Shown piece after piece: positions 26,434 through 36,758 of a DNA stretch of 58,734 bases. Position 1 is the first letter of the stretch. Each line of letters starts with the position of its first letter. The DNA is taken from the IMG/VR virus record IMGVR_UViG_3300005526_000001, positions 1 through 58,734 of that record. The stretch is one strand, 5' to 3'. Source of the stretch: a virus. Taxonomy: Duplodnaviria > Caudoviricetes. Both the position numbers and the translations under genes were made by a program. The notes below the pieces were generated by a model. That model saw nothing but the letters and a program-made list of their open reading frames with translations. It ran no database searches and was not told where the DNA came from.

Positions 26434-26817
26434 ATGGCGTACGGTAACTTCGTTCTCGACAAGGGTTACAACGCAGCTGCCGCACTTACCAAGTTTCGTG
26501 CGGTTAAGCTCTCTGCTGCTGAAACTGTAACCCCTGTTACTGCTATCACCGATGTTGTTCACGGATTCGCTCAATTCTCTGTTAGTGCTGCTGAGATTCT
26601 AAAGGGTAAGGGTGCAAGTGTTCGTGTTGAGGGTATCACAGAAGCAGAAGCGAGTGCTGCAATTGCAATTGGCGCGCAGGTAACTATTGCTGCTGATGGT
26701 CGTGTCAAGACTTCTGCAACTGGTGAGCGCATTGTTGGTCGTTGTGTTGGACACGCTGCTTCTGCTGCCGGTGATCGTATCGCTCTGCTCTTCAATTCTA
26801 ATGGAGGGGTGGCGTAA
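26434..26817 (+). CDS. Capsid cement/decoration protein (DUF2190-like)
   Basis: Ala/Gly-rich, AAIAIGAQV...DGRV...VGRC..AASAAGD; precedes the capsid gene. Confidence 0.8.
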   Translation: MAYGNFVLDKGYNAAAALTKFRAVKLSAAETVTPVTAITDVVHGFAQFSVSAAEILKGKGASVRVEGITEAEASAAIAIGAQVTIAADGRVKTSATGERIVGRCVGHAASAAGDRIALLFNSNGGVA

Positions 26818-27824
26818 TGTACGATCCTGGTACCCTATATTCTGATCCTATCCTAACCAACTTCTCGGTTGGTTATCAGGATCAGTCACTTTACGGTGAG
26901 CGCATCTTCCCTGTCACTCCTGTGCGTACTCAGTCTGGTCGGTACCGCGTATTTGATCGGTCGAACTGGCTAGTGTATGAATCTCGGCGTGAGCCTGGTA
27001 CGGTTGCGAACGAGATCGCTGGCGCAAAGTGGAGCGAGGATACGTTTGAAACGAAAGAGCGTTCCTTGCAGGTTCCTATCTTCGATGAAGAGCGTCAGCA
27101 GCTTACCTCTCAGGGTGGACTTGCGAACCCCACGTTTGGTGGAGCGTTGCAGCTTAACCCGGAGACTGACGCAACTACGCTAGCGACTCGCAGTATCCTC
27201 CTTGCACATGAACTTGCTGTCTCTGGTCTTGTACGCGATCCTGCACAGTACGCAGTTGCCAACAAGGTCACTCTTTCTGGTACGTCACAGTGGAGTGATT
27301 ACACTGGTGGCGTAACTTCTACGTCCAACCCTATTAATGATATCATGGTCGGTATGCGTGCTGTCTATGCATCGACGTTCCGCTATCCGAACACGCTTGT
27401 TATTCCTGCTCTTGGTCTGAGCTACATCGAGAATCATCCTCGCGTTGTTGATCGCTTCAAGAACTTCGCTCTGTCGATTCCTGATGCATTCCGTGTTCTT
27501 ACTGGTTTTGAAGGAACGATCCTTGCTGTCGATTCACTCTACAATGCAGCTAACAACCTCGATGCGACTCAGAACATAACTTCGTTTTGGGGTAAGGACG
27601 TATGGCTTGGCATCGTTGACCAGAGTCCTGGGCTTAATCAGTTCACGTTCGGTAAGACGTTCGCGCAGATTTATCCTGACGGTTCTACTCGCCCGACGGA
27701 TCGTTGGCGTGAAGAGCCTCGTAAGGCTGACATTGTGCGTACCTCATTCAAGTACGATTTGAAGATCGTGTCTCCTGGTGCTGGCTATCTCATCACAACG
27801 GCATTCGGTACGACGGCGTTCTAA
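26817..27824 (+). CDS. Major capsid protein
   Basis: 335 aa; DPILTNFSVGY, IFPVTPV, SQWSD, NPINDI, PNTLV motifs; strongly biased codons. Confidence 0.92.
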   Translation: MYDPGTLYSDPILTNFSVGYQDQSLYGERIFPVTPVRTQSGRYRVFDRSNWLVYESRREPGTVANEIAGAKWSEDTFETKERSLQVPIFDEERQQLTSQGGLANPTFGGALQLNPETDATTLATRSILLAHELAVSGLVRDPAQYAVANKVTLSGTSQWSDYTGGVTSTSNPINDIMVGMRAVYASTFRYPNTLVIPALGLSYIENHPRVVDRFKNFALSIPDAFRVLTGFEGTILAVDSLYNAANNLDATQNITSFWGKDVWLGIVDQSPGLNQFTFGKTFAQIYPDGSTRPTDRWREEPRKADIVRTSFKYDLKIVSPGAGYLITTAFGTTAF

Positions 27825-27835
27825 GGAGAGATGAT

Positions 27836-28180
27836 ATGGCTGACGAAGAAAAGAAGAAGAGCGGCGGTGCTATGTACGCCTGGTCTAAGTTCAAGAAAGA
27901 AGTAAACGAGTGGGGCCAGGTTACAGAGTGGATCATGCCCGGTGACAAGATATCTCAGGGTGATCTTGGTGTTAGTGATGAAGAGTGGGAATCGTTGGTA
28001 GAAACTGGCGCTGTTCGTGAAGATGAGTACCCTGATGTTCCCGCTGATGTTCCTCCTGCACAAGCAGAGAAGGAAGAAGCACAGCAGGAAGCGGTAGTAG
28101 AAGAGTTGAAGATGCAGGTCAAGGAGGAAGAAGAAGCACCACCTAAGCCAGAGCCGACGCCGAACAAGCCTAGTAGTTAA
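27836..28180 (+). CDS. Small capsid-adjacent protein with acidic/Pro-rich tail
   Basis: AAGGAGAG RBS; PGDKI...LVETGAV motif. Confidence 0.75.
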   Translation: MADEEKKKSGGAMYAWSKFKKEVNEWGQVTEWIMPGDKISQGDLGVSDEEWESLVETGAVREDEYPDVPADVPPAQAEKEEAQQEAVVEELKMQVKEEEEAPPKPEPTPNKPSS

Positions 28181-28183
28181 ATC

Positions 28184-28615
28184 ATGTTCGCTAGCAAGAC
28201 CGATATTCAGACATGGTTTCGTAGCGACAAGATCATCGTCGATGATGCGAACTCGCAGAAACCGAATATCGAGGCGAGGCGAATCATAGTAGGTAGACTG
28301 GCTGGTTTCTTTTCGCAGATAGTAATTACGTCGTGGGCCGACCCGGAGACTACGCCAGAACTTATACGCGGTATTGCGGGTCGGCTTGCGGCTGCATTCT
28401 TGTATCAATCGTTTTACTCTGAGGAAGCTGATGATGTTCTAGAGTATGCACAGTGGTTGTACAACAACGCAATCCTCATGCTCGATCAAATCGTAGAAGG
28501 CGTCTTGACTGTTGTAGAAGTAGATGAAAGTGGACCGATAGATGTTACGGGAGCCGAGCTTGTAGGGTTTCTAACGACTGAACCTATATTCACCATGACA
28601 CAGGAGTTTTCTTAA
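28184..28615 (+). CDS. Head-tail adaptor (Mu gp36/DUF1320-like)
   Basis: FASKTDI, PELIRGIAGRLAAAFLY, YNNAILMLDQIVEG. Confidence 0.8.
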   Translation: MFASKTDIQTWFRSDKIIVDDANSQKPNIEARRIIVGRLAGFFSQIVITSWADPETTPELIRGIAGRLAAAFLYQSFYSEEADDVLEYAQWLYNNAILMLDQIVEGVLTVVEVDESGPIDVTGAELVGFLTTEPIFTMTQEFS

Positions 28616-28618
28616 TAG

Positions 28619-29416
28619 ATGGCAGCAGACGATTTTGATCTGAATGATGTTCCTAGTGGATATTCTGGTCCTCTATCTGGTCAATTTCCTATTGGTACTA
28701 CGACTAGTAAATTTCTTGTTACAGAATGGTATCCTGATCCAAAAGTAGTTGAGGCAGATTTACTTCATTTCTCACACGGTCTTGAAAATATGTATGAACC
28801 TCTGGAAAAAGCTAAAGCTGCAATGATTTATTCTACAGAAGTTCATTTTGAAGATCATGTTGATCCATACGGTTTTCCTTGGGTGCCTCTTCAAGATGAA
28901 TATGCGAGATGGAAAGAAAAGCATGGTGGAAGTAATGAAGCTGATCTTGTCCTTTCTGATGATTTACGTAAAGCTGTTATATCGCCAAGTACATGGCAAG
29001 TAATTGGAAATGATGTAGTAATTAAAGTAGATAAATTACCCCCTTACGGTCCGTATCATCAAGAAGGAACTATTGGAACTGTAAAAGGACAGTTATTTAA
29101 AAGAGCTTCTGGTAAATCTGGTAAGAAACAAACGGAAGCAGAAAATCTTGCCGAAGCTAAAGGTGAACGTGGACTTAATCTCCCACAACGACAGTTTATT
29201 GGTTTAGATGTAGATACGATTGCAGAGATTGAAGATATCTTTTTGAAATGGATTGATGGTTTGATCGAGGAAGATTGGATTGATTATGTAACTCCGCCGC
29301 CGGTAGAATACGGTGAATATTCTGGTGGTAGATTTCCAGTTGCTGGTTATACGAAACGTGGTCAGCCTCTACTACGAACTCCTCGCGGAATCCGATTCGG
29401 TAGGATACCAAGATGA
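28619..29416 (+). CDS. Virion morphogenesis protein (Mu gpG-like)
   Basis: DPYGFPWVPL, YGPYHQEG and LPQRQFIG motifs. Confidence 0.8.
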   Translation: MAADDFDLNDVPSGYSGPLSGQFPIGTTTSKFLVTEWYPDPKVVEADLLHFSHGLENMYEPLEKAKAAMIYSTEVHFEDHVDPYGFPWVPLQDEYARWKEKHGGSNEADLVLSDDLRKAVISPSTWQVIGNDVVIKVDKLPPYGPYHQEGTIGTVKGQLFKRASGKSGKKQTEAENLAEAKGERGLNLPQRQFIGLDVDTIAEIEDIFLKWIDGLIEEDWIDYVTPPPVEYGEYSGGRFPVAGYTKRGQPLLRTPRGIRFGRIPR

Positions 29417-29868
29417 GTATTATAGAACAAGAACTGTTTACACGTCCCGAAGAGATTACAGAGTATTTCTTTCAGCAGTTAACTACAAGTGCAAGCCTAT
29501 TGGGTCTGGAGTATGTTGGTGCTTACGGCGAAGTAATGATTCCCGCATATCCCGCTCTCGTTATTAATGCAGCCGACAGTGATAAAGAACTACACGGAAC
29601 TCACACTTACCTGGTTACTCTTAGATGTGAAATATACATATATCACGGTTCTATTGTATTAACTCGTGCTCGACGTAGTTTAGAAGATTTGAAACTCGCA
29701 ACTGGAATAATTGATTTTCTAGAACTAGATCCTACTCTTGGAGGCAATATTATTCATGGATATGTACAATCTGAAAGTCCTGCTGCTAGTCAGACTAATT
29801 CAGGTAAGTCTGAAATCGTCGTTAGTACCAGGTTGTCCTGGGAAGGGATTACGGAGAGGAGGTTCTAA
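29413..29868 (+). CDS. Probable tail terminator
   Basis: YPAL and DPTLGG motifs; position. Confidence 0.7.
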   Translation: MSIIEQELFTRPEEITEYFFQQLTTSASLLGLEYVGAYGEVMIPAYPALVINAADSDKELHGTHTYLVTLRCEIYIYHGSIVLTRARRSLEDLKLATGIIDFLELDPTLGGNIIHGYVQSESPAASQTNSGKSEIVVSTRLSWEGITERRF

Positions 29869-30248
29869 TGGCAATAACAGTGTCAGTGAATAATCCTGCA
29901 TTTCCTGAGGGTACTGAACTTGGCGTAGATCATCTAGGAATTGTGCCGAATGGCGGTAGCCTTGAAGTATCCGAAGAAAATGAGTCTAGATTTGTTGCTG
30001 TAAAAGGCATGACTGTTGAAGATGCGTTTAAGGGTAGTGGAGTTGTTAAGGTTAGTGGATCTAGTTCTGTTGAAAATGCAGAAGAACTCATAGGAGATAG
30101 AAAACCACCTGGACCTGATCAGGGAGTTGTAGTAAGTGAAGAAGAAGGAGAAGCCTCAAAAACCGAAAGACCCAAAGCGGGGAAAGAAGCTTCGTCAAGT
30201 ACAGAGGACACACAAGTGATGCCGCCGGGTGAAGGGACGGTGAGCTAG
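29868..30248 (+). CDS. Hypothetical protein with acidic disordered tail
   Basis: TAATG-coupled. Confidence 0.7.
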   Translation: MAITVSVNNPAFPEGTELGVDHLGIVPNGGSLEVSEENESRFVAVKGMTVEDAFKGSGVVKVSGSSSVENAEELIGDRKPPGPDQGVVVSEEEGEASKTERPKAGKEASSSTEDTQVMPPGEGTVS

Positions 30249-30249
30249 T

Positions 30250-31260
30250 ATGCCTGCTGGACTAGGCGGCGGTGGTGCAGTATTTGTCGGCCTTGAGCCT
30301 ACTATGGGTACTCTTGTCGATCCTGGCGCTGCCGGCGTTGGAGTATGGGTACCGATCATTAGCGAAGAACTGAACTACACTGAGGAGAAATATTACTCTC
30401 CTCAGATTCGTCAACAGACGATTGTATCCGACGTGCAGCAGAGTTATTACCACGTCGAAGGTAACATCGTCATGGAAGTTGATGTTAACTACATGCCGTA
30501 TTTCTTGTATTCGTCTAGACACCTGATTACCAAGACAGGTGCAACTGCCCCGTTTACATATACGTTTGGTCCCGGTAGTCAGGGTAGTGCTACAGGTGGT
30601 ACAGGGCTTAATGCTCGTACCATGAGTATCTGTGTTGAACGTAATGGTGTGGGTTTCGGATATGCAGGTTGTGTTGTAAACAGTTGGGAGTTTACTGTAG
30701 AGAATGGTGTGCTTCGTGCGACTATGGGTATTCTTGGTACAAGTGAAACCGATATGTCTGGTCTTGGTACTCCTACGTGGTTAGCGCCGTCGCTATTCGG
30801 TGCTGCGGCGCATAGTATTTACACCGATGCTAGTGGTGTTGCTCCGACGTTTGCTGGTGCTGCTACTACGAACTTCAACGGCTTTACCTTCCGTAGCGAG
30901 TTTAACGGTTCTGCTCAAAATCGTATTCAACCACAACGTAGTGCAAGCTATATCGCCTATGGTGAGACTAACTCGACTTACGAAACTGAGCTGGACTTCA
31001 TTGACAAGGTTGATTACAATAACATGAAGAATAACGTCACTAAGGCTATTAAGTTTGAAAGTCTTAAGGGTGGCGCGACTTGGGCATTGTGTACTGAAGG
31101 ATTCCGTATCATCATTCGACGCACATCATTCGATAGTTATGTTGTTGGACTTGCTGGTATGGGCGATCTAATCATGGGGCGCGTAACTGGCCGTAACATC
31201 GGCCTTGTGGGTGCAGATGCCTACACGATAGAATGCAAGTCTCCCGTCGCTATCACGTAA
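30250..31260 (+). CDS. Major tail tube protein
   Basis: VGLEPTMGT, ISEEL, VEGNI and YAGCVVNSWEF tube-like motifs; precedes chaperone and TMP. Confidence 0.85.
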   Translation: MPAGLGGGGAVFVGLEPTMGTLVDPGAAGVGVWVPIISEELNYTEEKYYSPQIRQQTIVSDVQQSYYHVEGNIVMEVDVNYMPYFLYSSRHLITKTGATAPFTYTFGPGSQGSATGGTGLNARTMSICVERNGVGFGYAGCVVNSWEFTVENGVLRATMGILGTSETDMSGLGTPTWLAPSLFGAAAHSIYTDASGVAPTFAGAATTNFNGFTFRSEFNGSAQNRIQPQRSASYIAYGETNSTYETELDFIDKVDYNNMKNNVTKAIKFESLKGGATWALCTEGFRIIIRRTSFDSYVVGLAGMGDLIMGRVTGRNIGLVGADAYTIECKSPVAIT

Positions 31261-31283
31261 CAGGAACAACCTAAGGAGAGAAC

Positions 31284-31745
31284 ATGCCCGACGTTACCGT
31301 CGATACTGGTAGTTATCAGCGGTATGATCTAAAGTCTGCCCCGCCGGATGGGTTTGTTATGCTGCGTCCACTTCCCTACGGCATGAAACTTACTCGGCGG
31401 GACAAGGCTAGTAAGATGAAGATGCAAACCGAGCAAGGTCGTGGGCGCAAGACTACTTCTGAGATTGAACTCGAAACTCTTAACGAGTGGGCCGTCGCAC
31501 ACGATTTTGCTTATTGTATTGGTGAGCATAATCTCACTGATAAGAACGATGCACTTCTTGATTTCACAAATCCGATGACGCTTAAGACACTGAATCCCAA
31601 GGTTGGATCTGAGATTGAGAAATATATAGATGAACTGAACGAAGATGAGGATGAGGAGTCTCTGGAGGATTTTCTCAAGCGGCGCGATGGCTTGTCTGGG
31701 GAAGAAGTGATCTCGTCCAATACGGCTTCCCTAGAAACGAGTTAG
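31284..31745 (+). CDS. Tail assembly chaperone (gpG-like)
   Basis: Position; AAGGAGAG RBS; slippery site near 3' end. Confidence 0.85.
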   Translation: MPDVTVDTGSYQRYDLKSAPPDGFVMLRPLPYGMKLTRRDKASKMKMQTEQGRGRKTTSEIELETLNEWAVAHDFAYCIGEHNLTDKNDALLDFTNPMTLKTLNPKVGSEIEKYIDELNEDEDEESLEDFLKRRDGLSGEEVISSNTASLETS

Positions 31746-32002
31746 ACGATTACGGTAACGTCGTTGCCGAACGTTACGTTAGTCAAGAGGTCGTTCAGGA
31801 AGCTTCCGAGTGGTTAGAGATTGCAATTATATGCGATCGACTACGTGTGCTGCCCGAATCTGGCGGTGCTCTCGATCAACGGCCGAGATACATTCGGCGG
31901 CTTATGCGTGTTCTCGAAATCCTAGACGAAAAACGCGCAGACGAAATAAACAAACAAAGTAACAGAAATGAAAGCAACCAGAGAACTTTGGCTAATCCTT
32001 AG
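31667..32002 (+). CDS. -1 frameshift extension of tail chaperone (gpGT-like)
   Basis: G GAT TTT at 31667-31673; -1 frame open to TAG 32002 and contains LPESGGALDQ. Confidence 0.8.
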   Translation, partial: GFSQAARWLVWGRSDLVQYGFPRNELDDYGNVVAERYVSQEVVQEASEWLEIAIICDRLRVLPESGGALDQRPRYIRRLMRVLEILDEKRADEINKQSNRNESNQRTLANP

Positions 32003-35000
32003 AGCTAGAGACGAAGCTAGCAATACACTTAGACGTGCTGCTCGCAGTTTCGGCGGGCTGCAAGATCCTGGTGTGTTGCAACGTCAACGTGCTCAGGTTA
32101 TGCAACAAATTGCAACTGCTGAACGTCTGCGTAAAGCTGCTCTTGATGAACAAACAAGATTAACTACGGGTTCTCGTAGAACTCAACAGTTGATTAATGA
32201 AGGTAATTATACAAAGCGTATACATGATCTAAATATGCAGTTGGTTGGTATTGATTCTGATCGTGACAGAATTCTTAGTAGAAGATATTCCCTTCAAAGA
32301 CAGTTGTCTCAACTTGAAAGAGTAGCAGAACGTAGAGCTAGAGTCAAGGGTATACAACCTGAAATGATTTTTAGTGGGATGACCCAGAAAGAACTTGATA
32401 CGCAACTTAGAAGTTTGAGATCTGGAGTTAAGAGCGCTACCAGAGAATTGACTGAAAATAAAATGGCTATTGAAAGTGTTCGTAAAGCTCAAGGAAATCT
32501 CGTAAATCAATCAACTAAATTAACACAGACTGAAATAGAACAAGCTGCTGCTGCTCGAAGAAATGGAATGGTGGCAGATGAACAAGGAATGCGTATTACT
32601 AATATGCGAGCTCGAGTTAAAGAATTTGATACAGCGATACAACGATTGCCTATTGAAAATTGGCAAGCCTTAGGGAATGGTATTCGTAATACTGCTCGTT
32701 CATTGACATTCCTTGGCGGTGTTGCTACTCTTACTCTTGGTGTTATGGCTGAAAAAGCCGCTGAATTTAGTAAGCAGATAGCTCTTGCTGCAACGCAAGC
32801 TAGACAGCCGGGAGAAGGGCCAGCCAGAGTTGCACAAATTCATGGAAGATTGTTTGATACTATAACAAGTCAGATGCAGGAATTTCCTGCTTCTTCGCAG
32901 CAAATGGCTGACTCGTTGTTCCAGATTTTCTCAAGCACTAGCATTAAGAATATAGATGTAGCGAGTAAGATGCTGCGAACCTTTAACATGATGGCTGTTG
33001 CAGGTGGTACTGATCTTAAAACTATGACTGACGCTGGTATCTCTTTGTTCAACAACTTTGGTAGCGAGTTCCCGAATATGACCGAAGCAGGTAATAGGTT
33101 CTTTGCCGCTGTGAAAGTCGGTCGTATGAACGCGGAGCAATTTGCTAGCTCTCTGTCTTTCTTGCTGCCTATTGCGAAAGAAGCTGGTCTGACATTTGAA
33201 GATGTGGGCGGGGCTATGGCTTTCCTGACTAGACAGACTGGTGCTGCCCGAACGAAACAGGATGCACAAGGACTAGCCAGACTGATTCAGTTGTTCGGTC
33301 GGACAGATGTTGCGGCTGGTCTTGCATCTAAGGGTGTTCAAGTATTTGGTCAGGGTGGCAAAGGCCACATGCGCCCGATCCTTGATATTATGCAAGATAT
33401 TAATAGTCATATACATATGAATAATCAGGAGATGCTTAATTTCTTCAAGACGATTTCTGCCGCAGGAGGAAAGGCTGGTACTCAGGGAACGATTCAAGCT
33501 ATTAGAATCTTTGCACAATACCAAGTAAGTATTCGTAGTGCTGCTCAAGTCCAGCGAGAATTCACAGCAGATCAAAATGAGATGATTGCGTCGTTCAATC
33601 AAATGTCCAAAGATCCCGGTGTTCGTTGGGAAGTATTCAAAAATCAATTGAGAGCGTTAGCTCTTATAATTGGAACGGATCTTATTCCGCTGTTTGCAAG
33701 ATTCGGGTCATGGATAGGTAAACTCGCTCGCTGGTTCAGTGGACTGAGCCAAAATCAAAAACGCTTGATCGCAGATTTCTTGTTCTTTGGTTCAGTAGCA
33801 ACTTTACTTATTGGTATTCTCGGATCTATCGCAGCAGCTGTTATCTTGCTTCGTGTTAACTTTATACTTATGAAGGGTTCTCTTACTAGTGCTGGTCTCA
33901 GTCTTAAAATGTTTAGATCAGAAGCAGGTTTTACCGCCGTAGGATTAACTAAACTCCTTGGGTCGATTTCTCTTCTACTAGTTGCACTTCCCTTGTTAGT
34001 TAAACTTACCGGAAGTTGGGGTGCTGCTCTTTCGATAGTTGGTACTGTTATATCAGTCATATCATTCGTCACGCTATTTGCGATGATCGCAAGATCTGTT
34101 ACCGCTCTCAGGAGCCTTGCAGCGCTTGCATCTGTACCTTACCTTATTACATTTACGCTTGTTGTAGTTGGTGCTGAACTAATTGCACACCAGATTGAAA
34201 AACTTCAAAAGAGTTATTTGGATGCAGAAGCTCGTGTTGTGGATCTTACTACACAGCCACAACAACGTTTCATTGATTATCTAGGTAAAGAGATTAATAA
34301 GTTGAAAAAAGCTGGCGAAACAAGCGCACAAATTCTTAAGGATCTTGATACGAAACTTGGTGGTGGTCCACAAGCCAAGGATCTTGAAGCTGCTGCATTC
34401 GTGCGTGCTAGTGAATTGCGTAAGCCTAGAGCACAACGTCTTGAGGAAGCGATGGCTGGTACTGCTCGTAAGGGTCCAGGCATGATTCCTATTCATTTCA
34501 CAGACGCTGAATTTCTCAAAGAAATGAAACTCATTATTAGACTTAGACAGGCAATTGAAAAAGCACCAAATTACAAAGCTGTAATTGCTGCAACTAAAGC
34601 TGCTCGTAGAGAAGAAACAAGAGCTGCTCGTGCCGAATCTGATATTCAAAAGGGTATGCAAGAAGATGTTATACAGAGAATTCTTGATGGACAAATAAAT
34701 GCATTAATAAGTACTAAGGGATATGCAAAAAAGATATCAGAAGAATATTTCAAGGTACAAAAGCAATTTGCCATAGCACCTACAATAGGTTTGTCTAATA
34801 AAATCGAAGCACTAAAAACAAAATTTGAACAATTGACTCCTGCGCAACAAGCTTTCTATACACAAATGTTCGCAGACCTTGGTATATCAGATAAGCTTGC
34901 AATGAGTACGTTTATGCACTTGCGTCAACTCCAAGCTCAAATGAAAATTGCACCTACGATGAATTTGGCTAATCAAATTGAGAAGGCAACTAAGATTATG

Positions 35001-36266
35001 CAACAAGCCTCTCCTGCACAACAAGCTTATTTCCAACAGCTTGAACAGAATCTTGGCGATGTTAAAGTTATTTCTGATGCGCAAGCTATGGCTATGGGTC
35101 AAAATGTTGCCAGACTTCGTGCAGCATACGACAAGTCACCAAGTGTTGCAGGATGGCAGCGTTGGTATGCAGCGAACAAACAGTTCACAACACTAGCCAC
35201 ATCAGATCAGCAAGAATTCGCAAATGATATGGCTCAGGCGAACAAAGAAGCTACCGATAAAATGAAAGAAAATTTCCAATCCGTGCTTGATAATATACGT
35301 TCCATGTTCGATGAGATTCGCGGTGGAATGGTATCCGCATTTGGCTCTCTAGCTAGCGGGCCTGTGACTAAGGGACTTAGCGATCAGGTACAGAAGATTC
35401 GTGACGCTGGTACTGCAAAGGCACAGGCATTGCGTGACCAAGCGCAAAAGATTCAAGATGCTTTCGACCAATCTTCAAAGGAGGTTGACGCTAGAACTGG
35501 TAATCTAATCGACAAGGGTTGGCTGCCTAATCCGGACGATATGAAAAAGGATGTTGATGCGAGAGTCAAGATTCTTAATGACCAAGCCGACCGAATCGAC
35601 AAGGCTGCTGGCAAACGCGCTGATGCGTTGCAGAAGCGGCTGGATGAGCATAGACTCACTCCGAGTGAAATCCTTAATGATCTGAAAAAGCAGGTACAAG
35701 CCTTTACACATTGGAGTAATGATCTTAACAAGATCGCTGCTCGTGGTGCTCCGCAAGCTCTTATCGACCAGCTACGTGAGCTTGGTCCTGAATTTGACAA
35801 TGTACTCAAGGGTATTCTTCGGATGAGTCCTGCTCAATTTGCTGAGTACACTAGAACATTCAACAAGGGTCAACAGGTTATAGACCAACAAACAATGAAA
35901 CTGCTTCAAGACAAGCTTCATTCGCAATTGAAGGTTTATCGTGCTCACGGTCAGAATATTGCTAAAGCAATTGCACAAGGTATTCAAGATCAGAACCCTG
36001 CCCTTCGCGCTGCACTCATTCAGCTTATAGAACAAACATTCCCCGGTATCAAAGTTCCCGGTGGTGTAGGCGTAAAACAACCGGCCGCTAGAACCGGAGC
36101 TGCTACTAGGGGAGTCAGAGCAGCAACGACGCCTACTCGTACCACACAGAATGTTCACCACACCACAGTTAATTATAACTACCACGCAGGTGATGGTAAG
36201 GGTATGTCTCCGCAGACATACTTCCAGAAGATGCACTTCCGTCAGCGAAACCAACGGCGGTGTTAA
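31968..36266 (+). CDS. Tape measure protein
   Basis: 1432 aa, helical, TMP core (AVKVGRMNAEQFA) and central hydrophobic segments. Confidence 0.93.
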   Translation: MKATRELWLILRARDEASNTLRRAARSFGGLQDPGVLQRQRAQVMQQIATAERLRKAALDEQTRLTTGSRRTQQLINEGNYTKRIHDLNMQLVGIDSDRDRILSRRYSLQRQLSQLERVAERRARVKGIQPEMIFSGMTQKELDTQLRSLRSGVKSATRELTENKMAIESVRKAQGNLVNQSTKLTQTEIEQAAAARRNGMVADEQGMRITNMRARVKEFDTAIQRLPIENWQALGNGIRNTARSLTFLGGVATLTLGVMAEKAAEFSKQIALAATQARQPGEGPARVAQIHGRLFDTITSQMQEFPASSQQMADSLFQIFSSTSIKNIDVASKMLRTFNMMAVAGGTDLKTMTDAGISLFNNFGSEFPNMTEAGNRFFAAVKVGRMNAEQFASSLSFLLPIAKEAGLTFEDVGGAMAFLTRQTGAARTKQDAQGLARLIQLFGRTDVAAGLASKGVQVFGQGGKGHMRPILDIMQDINSHIHMNNQEMLNFFKTISAAGGKAGTQGTIQAIRIFAQYQVSIRSAAQVQREFTADQNEMIASFNQMSKDPGVRWEVFKNQLRALALIIGTDLIPLFARFGSWIGKLARWFSGLSQNQKRLIADFLFFGSVATLLIGILGSIAAAVILLRVNFILMKGSLTSAGLSLKMFRSEAGFTAVGLTKLLGSISLLLVALPLLVKLTGSWGAALSIVGTVISVISFVTLFAMIARSVTALRSLAALASVPYLITFTLVVVGAELIAHQIEKLQKSYLDAEARVVDLTTQPQQRFIDYLGKEINKLKKAGETSAQILKDLDTKLGGGPQAKDLEAAAFVRASELRKPRAQRLEEAMAGTARKGPGMIPIHFTDAEFLKEMKLIIRLRQAIEKAPNYKAVIAATKAARREETRAARAESDIQKGMQEDVIQRILDGQINALISTKGYAKKISEEYFKVQKQFAIAPTIGLSNKIEALKTKFEQLTPAQQAFYTQMFADLGISDKLAMSTFMHLRQLQAQMKIAPTMNLANQIEKATKIMQQASPAQQAYFQQLEQNLGDVKVISDAQAMAMGQNVARLRAAYDKSPSVAGWQRWYAANKQFTTLATSDQQEFANDMAQANKEATDKMKENFQSVLDNIRSMFDEIRGGMVSAFGSLASGPVTKGLSDQVQKIRDAGTAKAQALRDQAQKIQDAFDQSSKEVDARTGNLIDKGWLPNPDDMKKDVDARVKILNDQADRIDKAAGKRADALQKRLDEHRLTPSEILNDLKKQVQAFTHWSNDLNKIAARGAPQALIDQLRELGPEFDNVLKGILRMSPAQFAEYTRTFNKGQQVIDQQTMKLLQDKLHSQLKVYRAHGQNIAKAIAQGIQDQNPALRAALIQLIEQTFPGIKVPGGVGVKQPAARTGAATRGVRAATTPTRTTQNVHHTTVNYNYHAGDGKGMSPQTYFQKMHFRQRNQRRC

Positions 36267-36269
36267 TAA

Positions 36270-36758
36270 ATGATTGACGATATGTACTTCGTCAACATGG
36301 CGAACGAAACTATGCATTGGAATGAGGACCCGAATGGTAACGGGTATTTTGCTGTAGAAGAGGTACATATGGAGTTGGACATTCGATCGCAAGACCGTAA
36401 TAGAATGCAGGCACAGGGCATCTGGCCGAGCTATACATACTTCGGTAAGATGGCTATTCACATTAGCGGGCATCTTCTGGCTGACACTCCAGCGCAACTT
36501 AATGTGTACAAGCTAAAGCTCATGCGTATTCTTATGCCACCCCGCACAGGACTGGCTTTCAACAACAAGATCGGGACGTTCTACCTTAAGTACACAGGCG
36601 TCAGTGAGTATTACTACACAGATTGCGGTCTTGAAGCTGCACCGGATATAACTATCGCAGCTCTTAACCCGTCGAACGTACCGTGTAGCTTGTCACTCAA
36701 ATCATTCCTTCCTTATATGTGGGGCGCTTCGTCGGGTCAACGTATTTGGGTAGCTTAA
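36270..36758 (+). CDS. Probable distal tail protein
   Basis: Position after TMP; size. Confidence 0.7.
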   Translation: MIDDMYFVNMANETMHWNEDPNGNGYFAVEEVHMELDIRSQDRNRMQAQGIWPSYTYFGKMAIHISGHLLADTPAQLNVYKLKLMRILMPPRTGLAFNNKIGTFYLKYTGVSEYYYTDCGLEAAPDITIAALNPSNVPCSLSLKSFLPYMWGASSGQRIWVA

